From Paragordius varius (Eukaryota > Animalia > Nematomorpha), in assembly GCA_964247055.1 (NCBI GenBank), contig OZ176054.1, forward strand, positions 8,308,001 through 8,372,000: a DNA stretch of 64,000 nucleotides, read 5' to 3'. How positions within the stretch are numbered: position 1 is the first letter of the stretch; every line of letters starts with the position of its first letter. Shown here piece by piece: positions 11,550 to 23,875 of the stretch. The notes beneath the pieces are model-generated. The model ran no database searches. It was given only the letters and a program-made list of their open reading frames with translations, and was not told the DNA's origin. The position numbers and the translations under genes are program-made.

Positions 11550-14500
11550 TTATTTATTATCACTATCAACAAAATGCTCATGGTCTGCTATTACAGTTTT
11601 TGGATGAAGTATTTTAGACTTAAGTACAGTGACGGTTTTAGGCAAGGATGACGCATATTGGCTCTTCTTAAACATGAAAAACAGAATCAACAATAGTAAA
11701 AATAACACAATAATTGTTATAAACACGGATATTGCCATATTGTGTTTTTGCATTTGTCGCTTCTTTTGACTAGAGGAGGATTTCATATGGCCAACAAATT
11801 CGTCACACATTGGTTCCAACTTTTTCAACAAAGTTGCTGTATCGGTTAACGGAATGTTTGACATATTTAACTTTGTGTTTGAACACGTACCAATAATTTG
11901 TTTGCCTTGCGATCTGTGTTCGGAATCACCAAAAAAATAATCTAGATAATCGCCCTCGTCCACCTCTTCAAGATCGGTTAAAGTGGTGGAAAAATCTTTC
12001 TGATTATCGAATGATTTCGCAAGTTCATAAACGTCACAATCACATATTATGGGATTATCTAAAAAAATGTTTTATATTAGATATCATTAATAATGATTAC
12101 ATTAATTGTTAAATGTTAAAGTCATTCTCTGTTCTTTTGAATAAAGACAAATTAACAATTTTTTATATAATCTGGCAAACATATATATGAAATTAAATAT
12201 ATTTTAAAGTATTAATATATATAAATTCCACAATAAATTCTAAAAGATGGAATCAAATATAAATTTTTATTATCTATGATTGGCTAATTCGGTTTGGGTT
12301 AAAAAACCGCCTGGCTTCTCAGTTCATGCAGTCATCTTTCGACTCAATCAAACAGTGTTTTAAATTCAAAATGGTATTGTACCTTAATAAAAAAAGTTTG
12401 AACTCGATTGTTGGTTTGTTTTTAATTGGTAGTATTTCATTAAATCTATTTAATTTTTTCTATCATTTTGTCAAGTAGTGATAAATACGTTTAAATTTTA
12501 TGCAGTCACGAGTCCTTATAAATGTTTTCCAAGAACATTTATAATGAAAAATATAAATATTTTTATAAAAACATAATTTTAAGTTGGTCTGGCCTTAAAC
12601 AATTTAAGTTAATCCTTAACGTTACAAGTTGGGCCTTAAAAATTTATTTTTTCTATAACCATAATCTATTGCATGTATTTATCTATTGGATCAATTTTAC
12701 CTAACACTTTGATTTATTGTATAATTTAGAGACTTTCATTCAAAATTTTTATTATCAGCAATATATTTCTTTCTAATTATCACTATAGATGTAAAATTGA
12801 GATAAATTAGTCATAAAAACTTATATATTTTAAACTTAGGCATTAAAACCTAAACTAAATCAATTTATTTTTTTTACTAAAAATATATTGTTATTGAATG
12901 AAAGAAGTTGAGTTTGACTGACGTGGATAATGCTAGGAAAGATGAATTACCCTGATTAATTGTTCAAAGTCATCGGCGAAATATAAATGTTTAAGGATTA
13001 ATTTTAAATATTCAAGTACTAACTTGATATGCTTAACCTTTAAATGTTCCAGGACCAAAAAAATCAAGGGCCGACAAGAAATGTAAGGAACATTTTGAGA
13101 TGTTTAAAGACCTTATATGTTTATAGGCCAGTCTATAATATTCAAAGACCAATCTAAAACAAGGACTGACTTGAGGTGTAAATGGTTTGATTAATGTTTT
13201 GTGTAGCCGTTTATTATACATAAAAATATATAAATAAGTAAATAAATTAAATATCATACCTTTTAGATATATCATCGCTCTTTTCGGAAAATTAGATATC
13301 AATTCTGCCAAACCTTTAACATTACTAATTAAATTGTCATTTAACGTGATTATTGATAGATTAGAAAATATAACAAAATGTTCAAACGGAACACTTGTAA
13401 GCCTATTATGATCTAAATCTATTAGTTTCAAAGAATCCTTGAAAGTTAAATTGGGATCTATGATCAATGTGTGGATCATATTGTAGGACAGCGATAAATA
13501 TTGCAGTTTGGACGAAAAGTTAAGATGTGTAAAATCAACTTTTACAATTTTATTTTTAAAAAATGACAATTTTGTCAGGTTAGACAAGTTGTTGAGAAAT
13601 GGTGGCAAATTCGTAAATTTATTTTGAGTTAGAGCTAAAGTGTCCAAAGATCCAGAAAAATCTTCAAATACAGCAGGTGATATTTGCGACAGCAAATTAT
13701 TCGCTAAATAAAGAGTTTTAATTCCATTACATCCAGCAAAGGGATTAATTTTAGTGAAAGCCATATTGTTAAGAACATTATCAGAAATATCTATTATTTC
13801 TAACGGGTTGTTAGGCGTCAGATCTGTACTTTTTCCACCGTCACTGTGACAGAATGATGGGACTTGTTTTAAACGATTGTACCTCAAGCTGACCTCCTTT
13901 AATCGTCTAAAATCTTTAAAGAAATCTGACGTTATGGTTTCCATTTTACAATCCTCCAATGTTAACACTTCAAGAGTGGGGAAATATTTATGAAATGGAA
14001 GAATTTCGGTATTCAAGCTTTTTAAGGGCATATCGTGTAGCTCTAATTTGCTTAGCTTAAAATTTGTAGAGGATAGAAGGCTATGGCAAGTGCTAATATT
14101 TTTTTGTGACAAAACTAAATTTTTTAATTTTGGAAGGTAATCAAGGTCTTCAATACGCTCCAATCCGATGATTTTATTTGAGTATATGAAATTCATTGAT
14201 AAGTTAACCAAATTTTCCATGGACTCTAGAGCAGAAAAATCAAAAAATGGCATTTGCTCTAAATTTATTCCCAATGCTTTGAGGTTTTTACATCGGCCAA
14301 CTGCTCGAAAAAGATTCTGATAATCTTCTTCTCTATGGAAAAGAGGTTTAAAAGCAAAATCTATCAATTTTATTACGGTAAGATCATTTAATAAGGAATC
14401 TAAGGCCCTAGCTTCGAAATTATTTATGGTAGATACGCGTAAGTTTAATTCATTAATTTTGATTTGAGCAGCTATATGGTCAGGTACCAAATAAGTTAAA

Positions 14501-14867
14501 TGCTCTATCTTACACCCGTACAATGTCAACGATATAGGTGTGTTGGTGAAATTCGAATTAACCGTAAAAACTGTCAGAATGTCGTGAATGTCTCTTTCTT
14601 CCAAGTTCCCAGTAATCATTACATTATATTGATAATATTTGACGTTTTCTTTGTCTTTTTTGTCCATATCATTTTGAGTCATTTTATTTTGATTGTTTTT
14701 TCCTACCCTACTACTGCAAATAAGTGACTAGGTAATTTTGGACAGATAGGTTTTATCGTTTTACTCTCCGCCGCCGAAATCTGAGTATTGATTAATATAC
14801 CGCTATGGATTATGAAGCTAATCCATATTGAAATAGAAATGCATGATAATTGATGCCAAATATTCAT
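11550..14867 (-). CDS. Type I membrane LRR receptor (signal peptide, LRRs, LRRCT, TM, short tail without TIR); ~705 aa if one frameshift near 14729 is repaired
   Basis: Exons 14867-13260 and 12058-11550 join in phase 1 to give YLKDNPIICDC (LRRCT). Many LxxLxLxxN repeats; TM segment ISVFITIIVLFLLLLILFFMF. A hydrophobic N-terminus and CP motif are encoded from ATG 14867 in a different frame from the main ORF. Confidence 0.8.
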
Positions 14868-15963
14868 TAGGGTCATATATTAAATAAGAATTATAATTAA
14901 ATAAGAAAAGATGAAAATTAACAAGTTACTGTTTCTACCTAGGGGTATCTGATTTTTCCGAAAAACATAATTTATTTTATGCACGTCATTTTATAATAAT
15001 AATAATGTCTAAATTACGTTAGTAATATTCAAAAGCGTTTCAAAGTTAATTTAGTATGCAGGTAGATATTACGTCCCGAAATGTTATGTGAACTATATAT
15101 GAATAATTTAATATACTTGCGATAAATAATTATCACATTTTTAAATAGTCTGCGATAAAATATTTTGAAAAAATATTAAAACTATTTTAGATAAATTAGT
15201 ATTTTTTATGTTTTTTAATTTAGTTTATTTTTATAGTATTTATATAAAAAATTAGTATTCTAGAAAAAAAGTCACATTCGTCGATTCTTAACATCTCTGC
15301 TATATGGTGTGATCCTTGAAGACGGTAGAGCTGCAAATTTCAGAAGACTTTACAAATGACACAATCTCATTTCTCAATATTTATAAAATTCATATAAATT
15401 ACATTTATAGTCCGATCTTAAAAATGCTTTGTAGCCTGTTTCATTTGTAATGATCAAATTTAATTTTAATGGGAAAAAACATTTTAACTAGCAGATGTAA
15501 TAAACTCTGATGTTACCACGGAAAAAATGACATAGATAAGTTTATCTGGATATATAGCAAACTATTGCATAATATGGCATATTCGTATGCATTTATAAAT
15601 AAAATAGAATTTATAAAAAAATAGTTCGGTAATCGTTTTTGAAACAACCGTCATTACAAATTGTATCTTTTTTTATATTCTTTTTAATTTTATTTGAAAC
15701 ACCGAAGTATATAAAACATATGGAATCGAAATCAAAACTGTTAAGCAAAACACAAATCACAGGACCATATATGGTGGTCGAAAACCGTTATTTAATTATG
15801 TATGACCGGAATTAAAAATGGTATATTCCTTAAACATATCAATGCAATAATTTTCTACACATAATACATAATATGGTTTTTTTTGAAGGATTAAAACCAT
15901 ACATTGTAAAAATTTATTGAACTTACAAAGAGAAGAAATATAGGTTTAGCAAACATTTATGTA

Positions 15964-15995
<32 letters not shown>

Positions 15996-16331
15996 GACAA
16001 AATTTTATTAAAACTATGTATAAAAATTATTTTGATTACTTGTGTAGTGTTTATATTATTATTTATATATATATATATATATATTATGAAGATTTGTGTG
16101 ATATTCAAAAGTCATTTGTTGTTTTATATCCAAATATCCAACCATTGATTGTGATCATTGAAAAAAATGGAATTTAAACATTACAGATAGAGGTGTATGA
16201 TGTGCCGTAAAAACGTACAAATGCAAATAATTTTTGATGATTCAAATAGATAAATATAAAAAATATATATCAAAACAATGGGTGTAAAAAAGAATATAGT
16301 TATCATCACAATAGTTTAAGTAAAAAAAATT

Positions 16332-16367
<36 letters not shown>

Positions 16368-16640
16368 ACCCTATATTTAACATATACAAACTGCTACATA
16401 CGTACTACTTATTTGATTGTAGCTATTTGGAGTAATGGTAATAATTGCTTAACGCAAAAAAGAATCATTATTCTTTAATGTGAAATGCTGAAAATTTTTC
16501 AAATATTATTTTCGAAAAATCATTGGAGAATTTTCGAAAAGGTAAGTGTAGAAAGTGAATAGTGTTTGAGGCATGATTGGGGGATTAAAAATGCTAGTGA
16601 TACTTGAAAATGCATGTAAATTATTTTTATTTATCATTTA

Positions 16641-19050
16641 TTATTTGTAATCGTCCATATCAAGTTCCGTGCGCCGAATATAGCAACAAAGTATGATGGA
16701 CAATAATAGACCCATTAACTAATGAAAACAATTTAAATAAATTATATTCGAAAACAAAATAAGGAAAAAGTCAAAAGATATTTTGTATAATTTTGATGTA
16801 AATATTTTATAAAGAGCATACATGTAAGACCAATTAGTTTTAATTACTTGTAATATGATAACAGCGAGAGCTACTCCAATGATGATATCAAGATTAGACT
16901 TAAAGTATTCTTCTAACGCATCACTACAACCCTAAAATGCAAATAAAAATATAGTTTTTACGATGCACGCAAAAAAAATTGAACAATATAATTTTGAAAA
17001 ATAATTGACGGAAACAAATACGAGTTATTTAACTGTATGAGTTATCCAAAAAACTCTTTGCCATAAATATAAATTACATTACACAAAAGTTAACTAAATA
17101 ATTTCTACAAAAATATTCGAAATTGATAAGGTAAATTAGAATAAGAAACCTTTTGATAAATCATGTTATTCATGACAATGGGTGAACTTATGGCATCAAT
17201 CGCATTACCAAACGATGGTTCTTGCGAAAAGGAAGGATTTTGGTTGCTGATATTATTATTATTGTTAACGACTATACTAGTTTGTCCATCGATTGTTATA
17301 ATTTTGGGAGGAGTTTTTTCTAACGTGACTACATTGGTGTAATTTGAGTCTCCACAATATTGACCAAATCTGTCATACGCATCCATGGTACAACATGAGG
17401 GTGGCACTTTTGTGACTGTCGTGATGTCTGTGGCTTAATAAGGTACAAGAAAAGAAAAAATTTAAAAAAATATATTCATTGATTCAGAGTTATAAATAAA
17501 CCAATTTTAGTAAGGTAAGGCGTGATGGTATAGTAGATAGGGCGCCGAACTATTACACTGCGTGCCAGAGTTCGAACACCGAAACTACGCAATTTTTGAA
17601 TCATCACTGTCAGCCCTGGGCAGACGAGTGTTAAAGCCTTCACATGTCCGGATACAATTTATGTACCACACTTTAATAAAAAGGGAAAAAAAAGACTATA
17701 AACGGTAAATTTATCTATTCCTTTTTATAGCTCTCCTTCATGTAAATTCTTAGTTGGGTTTACCTTAACGCGCATATTTTTGCGCAATACAATGAAAAGA
17801 AACTTTAAAATATTATATGCATTTATTTAAGTTATTTTTCGGTATAAAATAAATTTTAGTGATATAACCACTAAAAAATTGAACATCCTTTTCACTCGAT
17901 TCATAGATTTACATTCAAGTATTCGGTTTACTCAAATTTTTTAGCATATACATAAATTTAATAGTAATCCATGAATGCTTTAACGGATATAAATATATAC
18001 CACTTAGGTCAGGTTTTGTTGATGATTTTTGTCGCGTAGCATATAAACTTCCGGCCCAATCATAGGGACTTTCTCCCCCACAGCACATAAACTAGAAACG
18101 GATATTTTTATATTTTAATAGTTTTAAACACTTTTTATATAAATTATGTTGAGAATAAAAAGCCTGTTCAACACACGTTATATTTTATACCTTTGTGTAC
18201 TGTAATAATAATAAGTAAAAATCAATAATATTGTATAATAATAATAATAATAATCTAAAACAGAAAAAAGAGACATGTATTATTTCTTGTCTTGTATCAA
18301 CTTTTTGTTAAAAAGAATATTATAAATGGTAACAAAAAATAAACAGTCAACGTTAAAAAGATAGTACTCATCATTTTTTAATTTTTAGGGATATATTATA
18401 TTTTCATATTATTAACATTTTAAAACTTTATTTTTCGCCATAAAAAGATTAACTTACTGTCCGTTGTATGAAATCATAGGCAATGGTTTTGGCAGTGTTG
18501 ACCCCATATTCATGTTGAACTAAATCTTTCAAACTTTGATCAACGAATCCACGTAACTGGAGAAAAAAAGTTTTTTGCATAAAAATTAGTTTTAAAATAT
18601 AATAATGCATGGAATTAGTAAATGTAGAAAAAAAACCAATATAGAATTAAAAAACAATTTAAATAAAATGGATTTTTTAAGTTTGAAATTAACCAAATAG
18701 GTTTTATAATATCCCTAAAACGGTGTCAAAAGAATGGTAAGTCTTATTGATAAATAAAAATAAACAGACCCATGCCATTTAAAAAGATATAAAATACATA
18801 TTTTACAATCATGACAAATAAAAATATTACCTGCATTTTATGAGTGTATGCCCATGTTGCACCCCCAACTTCGGCACCAAAGATTAGCAACAAAAACAGA
18901 AAAAACTAAAACAAAATGTAAAATAAAATAATTATTTAATGGCTCATTTTAATAATTTGATATTTTTCAATATGATATATTAACACAGATTTTACATTAA
19001 AAATTCCATACTTGTACATGTATAGAGATGAGACTGCGTGACCTTTAAAA

Positions 19051-19085
<35 letters not shown>

Positions 19086-22000
19086 CACCTATAATTCGCC
19101 ATATCATCGCACTACCAAAAAATATATGTATTATTTAAGTAAAATGGTTACATTGATACAATTTTTACAAAAAAAATTGGTCACACACGCATTTAAAAGA
19201 TACACAACTTTAAAAATTTATATTATTATATTAACCTTTTTCTCACCACCGTATGATAACATAATTATCGATATTTTATTTGAAAGAGTATATTTTTTAA
19301 ATTAATCACTTACATATTTAGTTTTGTTAAAATTGATTTTAATGGTAAAACTTTTAAATACAAATTATTCCAGAAAATGGTAGAATTTTTGTCACCATTT
19401 ATAGTAACATATAATTGTATTAAATCGTAACATGTAGTTAGTTAGTTAACATTGAGATTGGAAACAGATAACATATTTTTATCCTTATTTTAACATTTTT
19501 ATTTAATGATTATAATAAAAATATTGTTATGTAACAGATAACAGAATAAAGTGGATCAATTCATTCTTATACATATATTGATAAATACAATTAGTAACAA
19601 TAAATATAATAATTATCTATATAAACATTTGAAGAATTCTCTATGTATTATGATGGCATTAGAAAAAAGTAAAAATACAAAATTAAAAAAATAGATAAAA
19701 GAATATTATATATATATAGTTAATTCTGAATTAGGGTCAAGAGATTACATGTAAAAGTCATAATGCAAAAAAACATAACTTAAATATGTATGATAATAAT
19801 AAATACCGTTAGTAACGTATTAATAAATGTTTTTAACATATATAATAAATGAGATTTATTTTTGAAGTTCATTTATAATGATATATTAAAGACACAAATA
19901 AATATATATTTATAACAACCTTATAATTATAATATAAGTTAAACAAAAAAGTTTTTTTATGGCGAAATTTGGGCCTTTTTTACCGAAAAGCTATTAAAAC
20001 ACCATAAAAAATTGCGTTTTTTGATAAAATATATAAAATTATATAGGTAAAATATTTAAAACTAAATTCAAATTAAGTTGTAAGGACGAAGCGTTATGAA
20101 ATAATTCAGATTGTATTTTAATAAAATTATTGATTAGAATATAGAATCTTGCAATATATATACATCTTATAACACTAGTATTTGTGAAAAAACGTAGAAT
20201 TTACAAAAAAACGATCAAGTTACATGTGAAACTAACTCAGCGAAAAAAAAGTTGATAAGATAGGTCTTATATTTTGTAGTTTTGATTATAAAAAATATTT
20301 ATAAATATTCAAAAAAATCTATAAAATAAGATACCATGCAATAAATAATTAAATAAACTCGGGTGAAATTTCTTACATCATATTTAAATTTAGATGATAA
20401 TAAATAACTTTATAGATCGGAAAAGGCAAAAGTCATCTATGTTCCAAAAAATATCGTATTTCTACGTATTATATTAGGTGGTATTGGCAAATAAATTTTC
20501 AAATATTAAGATTTTATGATTGAACGAAAGATTTTTGTCATAAGAATCGATAATCGGTTTCTGAAATAGGGATAATTTATTCATTCCAAAAATCCTGACA
20601 TATGTTTAAAAAAAATTAATAGTTCTTAAAACCTATTTTGGATTATATCTTAACCATATATATATACATTACATATCTTATAAATTTTAAAATTAAACAA
20701 TATATTTCCATATAGCAAAAAAGTACTACACATTAACTAATGATAAAAAAGTTTCTAAATATGTAGCCATGTAATTTATTGCATTTTATTTGGCACCTAC
20801 AAAAGTTTTTAAGTTTAAAAGGCTCATCATTGCTTACTGACGCTCTTCAAAACACTAATATATTAGGCAAAACTTGGCTCCAAAATCTAACTTTTAAAAT
20901 GCTTTAGTAGCGTCAGAGAATAGATTCCACTTTTTTTTACCAATCTAACAGAAATTTAATTTAGTGTTTCAAAAAAAGTACATATTACAACAAATTAATT
21001 TAAACAAAGATAAATATTAATTGTTCTGTATGGAGAGAAGACCCAAAAAAATATATGTAGTAATATAATCTAATTTACATAAATTACCTGTAAAATACAT
21101 TGTTTTATGACGTAAAAACTGTTAATATTTCTCATCTATTCTACTGCGAAAAAAAATAAGGAGGGGGGGGGGGGGGGTAAAGGAAATAAAAACATTTTTA
21201 TAACAGAGGAGATAAAGGTGAGTGTGAGTTAACGCCAAAAGCACAATTGTTTTTTTATACATTTGAAAACAAAATTCTAAAAAATCTTAGTATATATATA
21301 TAGAGAAGGGTACAAGTGAACACAACAGAACAGAACAAAAAACACACCTTTGGAAAAAAGGAAATAAAAAATTTTAGCATTCTCAAAAAAATATTGTTCG
21401 AAACATTTTGGAAGAATATATAGTAATATATTTGTTCGAAAAATAGGTAGAAGAAATGAAAACGAAATTTTTTTTCAGGTGCAATAATAGATTTTTTGGA
21501 AATTTTAACAATTCATATATAATAAAATTCCAAATTTCCTAAATTTTGTTATTCAAGTTATAAATTTTTCTTTTCTAAAAAAACAAGTAATTTAATTTGA
21601 TGTTTTTTATTACGAGCGTTAACAATTCTAGGTATAAACAGCAAACAGTTCAAGCATAAAAAATAAAAACTGAAATTCGAACAAAGCACAAAATTATTTA
21701 GCGGAATAGTTTTGAAGTCGAAAATAAAAAATATGCAGGTTAAAATTAATCACCTTGATTAGAATTAAATATAAATCTTTAAAAAAATAATTAAATTAAA
21801 TATATTAAATTAAGACAAACTAACCATTGATAAAAGGCATTGACTTTCTTGATAAGCGCCACAACAACCGACGAATCCTACAAGGGTCATCAGAGCCCCC
21901 GCACCCATAAGAATATAGATTCCAATGTATAATTTTTCCAAATTATCTCCAGCAGATACTATACTGTTTGTATTGCTATCCAGTCTCAGGTATATGGCAA

Positions 22001-22149
22001 GTCCCAAAACAGCCAAACCAAATATCTAAAAAATAAGGTATTAAAAAACATATTGCATAAGGAAATAAAGTAGGATAACTTACCCAAAATATAAAATTGA
22101 CGGTAAAAACTGTATATTTTAAACATTTAAGGCATAAATCGTATCCCAT
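16641..22149 (-). CDS. Tetraspanin, 8 coding exons, 325 aa
   Basis: Exons 22149-22084, 22025-21825, 18905-18831, 18556-18458, 18091-18001, 17433-17150, 16931-16848 and 16718-16641, all GT-AG and phase-consistent. Motifs NFIFW, GFVGCCGAYQESQCLL, CCG, DW, PPSCC and GC, with four TM segments. Confidence 0.93.
17519..17693 (+). mobile_element. tRNA-derived SINE (in tetraspanin intron 5)
   Basis: A-box-like TGGTATAGTAG, B-box-like GAGTTCGAACACC, non-tRNA body (CTGTCAGCCCTGGGCAGACGAGTGTTAA) and A-rich tail. A second copy lies at 31631-31800. Confidence 0.7.
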
Positions 22150-22237
22150 TAGAAAAGAGCGAAATTTTTAAATATTAAAACAATATAAAGTAAACGTACA
22201 AGAAAATGTAAAAGTAACTGTTTTTTAAACGATACAC
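22150..22237. promoter_or_regulatory. Putative bidirectional promoter between tetraspanin and C1D (88 bp between ATGs)
   Basis: Divergent start codons at 22149 (-) and 22238 (+). Promoter function is inferred. Confidence 0.4.
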
Positions 22238-22652
22238 ATGTTGGAAGATCTAATAAAAATTATAAACGGTTTAAATTTAAATATTGACAATCTGGCAAAA
22301 ATTGTAAACGAATTAAAGTCTAGAAAAAAGGATAATTATGAAAAAGTATTTTGTTTTATATATTTTAGTGGGATCCCATTGAACAAGCTAATTTTGATAT
22401 AACAATTCTCTATCTAATCAATTCTCTTTTTTATAGTATATTAATTATATATATTTAGTGCATCTAAACATAAATGGTGATAACATAAATGAATCTGGAA
22501 TTAAATCGGAAATAGATCGAATTAAATTATGCCTTCAAGAGGTTAGAAGAACTCAGAAAAGCCTTGGCTTAATTAAACCTACTAAAGCAATTGATACTCG
22601 TGTGGCAAAATCATTAATTAAAAACGCTCTATTTGATATAAATAAAAATTGA
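22238..22652 (+). CDS. C1D: Nuclear nucleic acid-binding protein C1D (Rrp47, exosome cofactor), 122 aa, two 23-nt introns
   Basis: Exons 22238-22345, 22369-22435 and 22459-22652 give ...WDPIEQANFDITILYLINSLFYMHLNINGD...IKSEIDRIK...IDTRVAKSLIKNALF, matching the C1D pattern LDPLEQAK...LNSMFW...VKQELERI...LDRGAASRFVKNAL. Confidence 0.85.
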
Positions 22653-23727
22653 TTATTAAATATGTTTGTTTTTTTATTATAAATCGGTGATAATTTTCGG
22701 ATGGCCCTGTTTACTACTAACACCTTTTTTTGAAATATTATCATAGAACAACTCGGCATAAACAGACCACATAAACTTTTTAACCTGCCATAGTTTTTTA
22801 AAAACGTACCTCTATTTTGTGGTCGCTTTACATTAGTTGACTAAATGTGATGTTGCCAAAAAGTATCCCTTTAGATGTGAGATGATACAAAAAAATAAAT
22901 TTTTTCTATTTCAGTTGATAAATAAAATTTTTCATAACTGATTTTAATTGATTTGGCTTTGTGCATATTGTTTTTAATATATTTATATATGTTTGGATTT
23001 ATTTGACATATTTTTATAATAATTTACTTTATTATTTGAATTGCTTATAAATAAAAAATCTTTTTTTCCCATATTCGTAAGACAGTCAGTCGACTGAAAT
23101 AAATAGCTTATATGCATTAATATTTTTTAAGTTTGCTTTATAAAATATCACAACTTTATCATGACTAATACCTTATTATATTATGTTAGTAAATTCAATG
23201 AGCGATTTTTGAAGTAAATAAAGGTTTTTAGTGGTAATATATTTATATAATATGTATGAAAAAGCTATTGGGAATATAATAATTTATCCCAATTTTCTAA
23301 GTACCTTTTTAGTTTTGAATTTGTGGAAGCTAGTTACAGATTGTGTGAGTCGGACACACTTGAATCTATATACCCTTTATTTTTTTCTGCTGCTCGGGTT
23401 TAAACGGGACTAAAACATCTTTCAATTTTATATTGCATTCTCAAACTTTAGGATCCTAAAAATACCCATTTAATCTTATTGAAACACCTGGTAACCTATT
23501 CTAAATTGTATAAAAGTGAAATTTTAAAAATTAACCCAGTTAGGGTCAAACATCCAAACGGTTGTAAGTGTATCTACTAATTATAGTTTCAAAATAAAAC
23601 AATAACCGCTATTATGATGACTATTGGAAGAAAAATTTCATCCAAAACCCATATTAACTCTTTTTTATGATATTGAAAGAAAAATTATTCGGTTTTTAAT
23701 TAATATAAAATTTTTTCTTCCATATCA

Positions 23728-23838
23728 AAAAAGGGCGGAGCTATTGTTGGGGAATTCATTAATGATTATATTTGTTCTACATTTGGATTTGAATGGGTCT
23801 ACCGGTTTTCCGAAAACAGATCACAAAGCCACAACTTT

Positions 23839-23875
<37 letters not shown>
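23728..23875 (-). mobile_element. Helitron 5'-terminal fragment (same family as 33210 and 56166) with an expanded (TA)n
   Basis: Reverse complement reads TC(TA)n...GGCTTTGTGATCTG...GGAAAACCGGTAGACCCATTCAAATCC, matching the other copies. Confidence 0.75.

Noticed and set aside
13033-13259. C-terminal extension of the 549-aa LRR ORF
   Set aside because: Read-through into an intron; splicing at 13260 to 12058 yields the LRRCT motif and TM domain.
15923-16362. Ile/Tyr-rich ORFs over (TA)n tracts (also at 19056, 23841, 58746)
   Set aside because: Simple microsatellites, not coding.
17519-17590. tRNA gene
   Set aside because: A and B boxes are present but I could not form a cloverleaf, and the sequence continues into a shared non-tRNA body and tail, so it is called a SINE.
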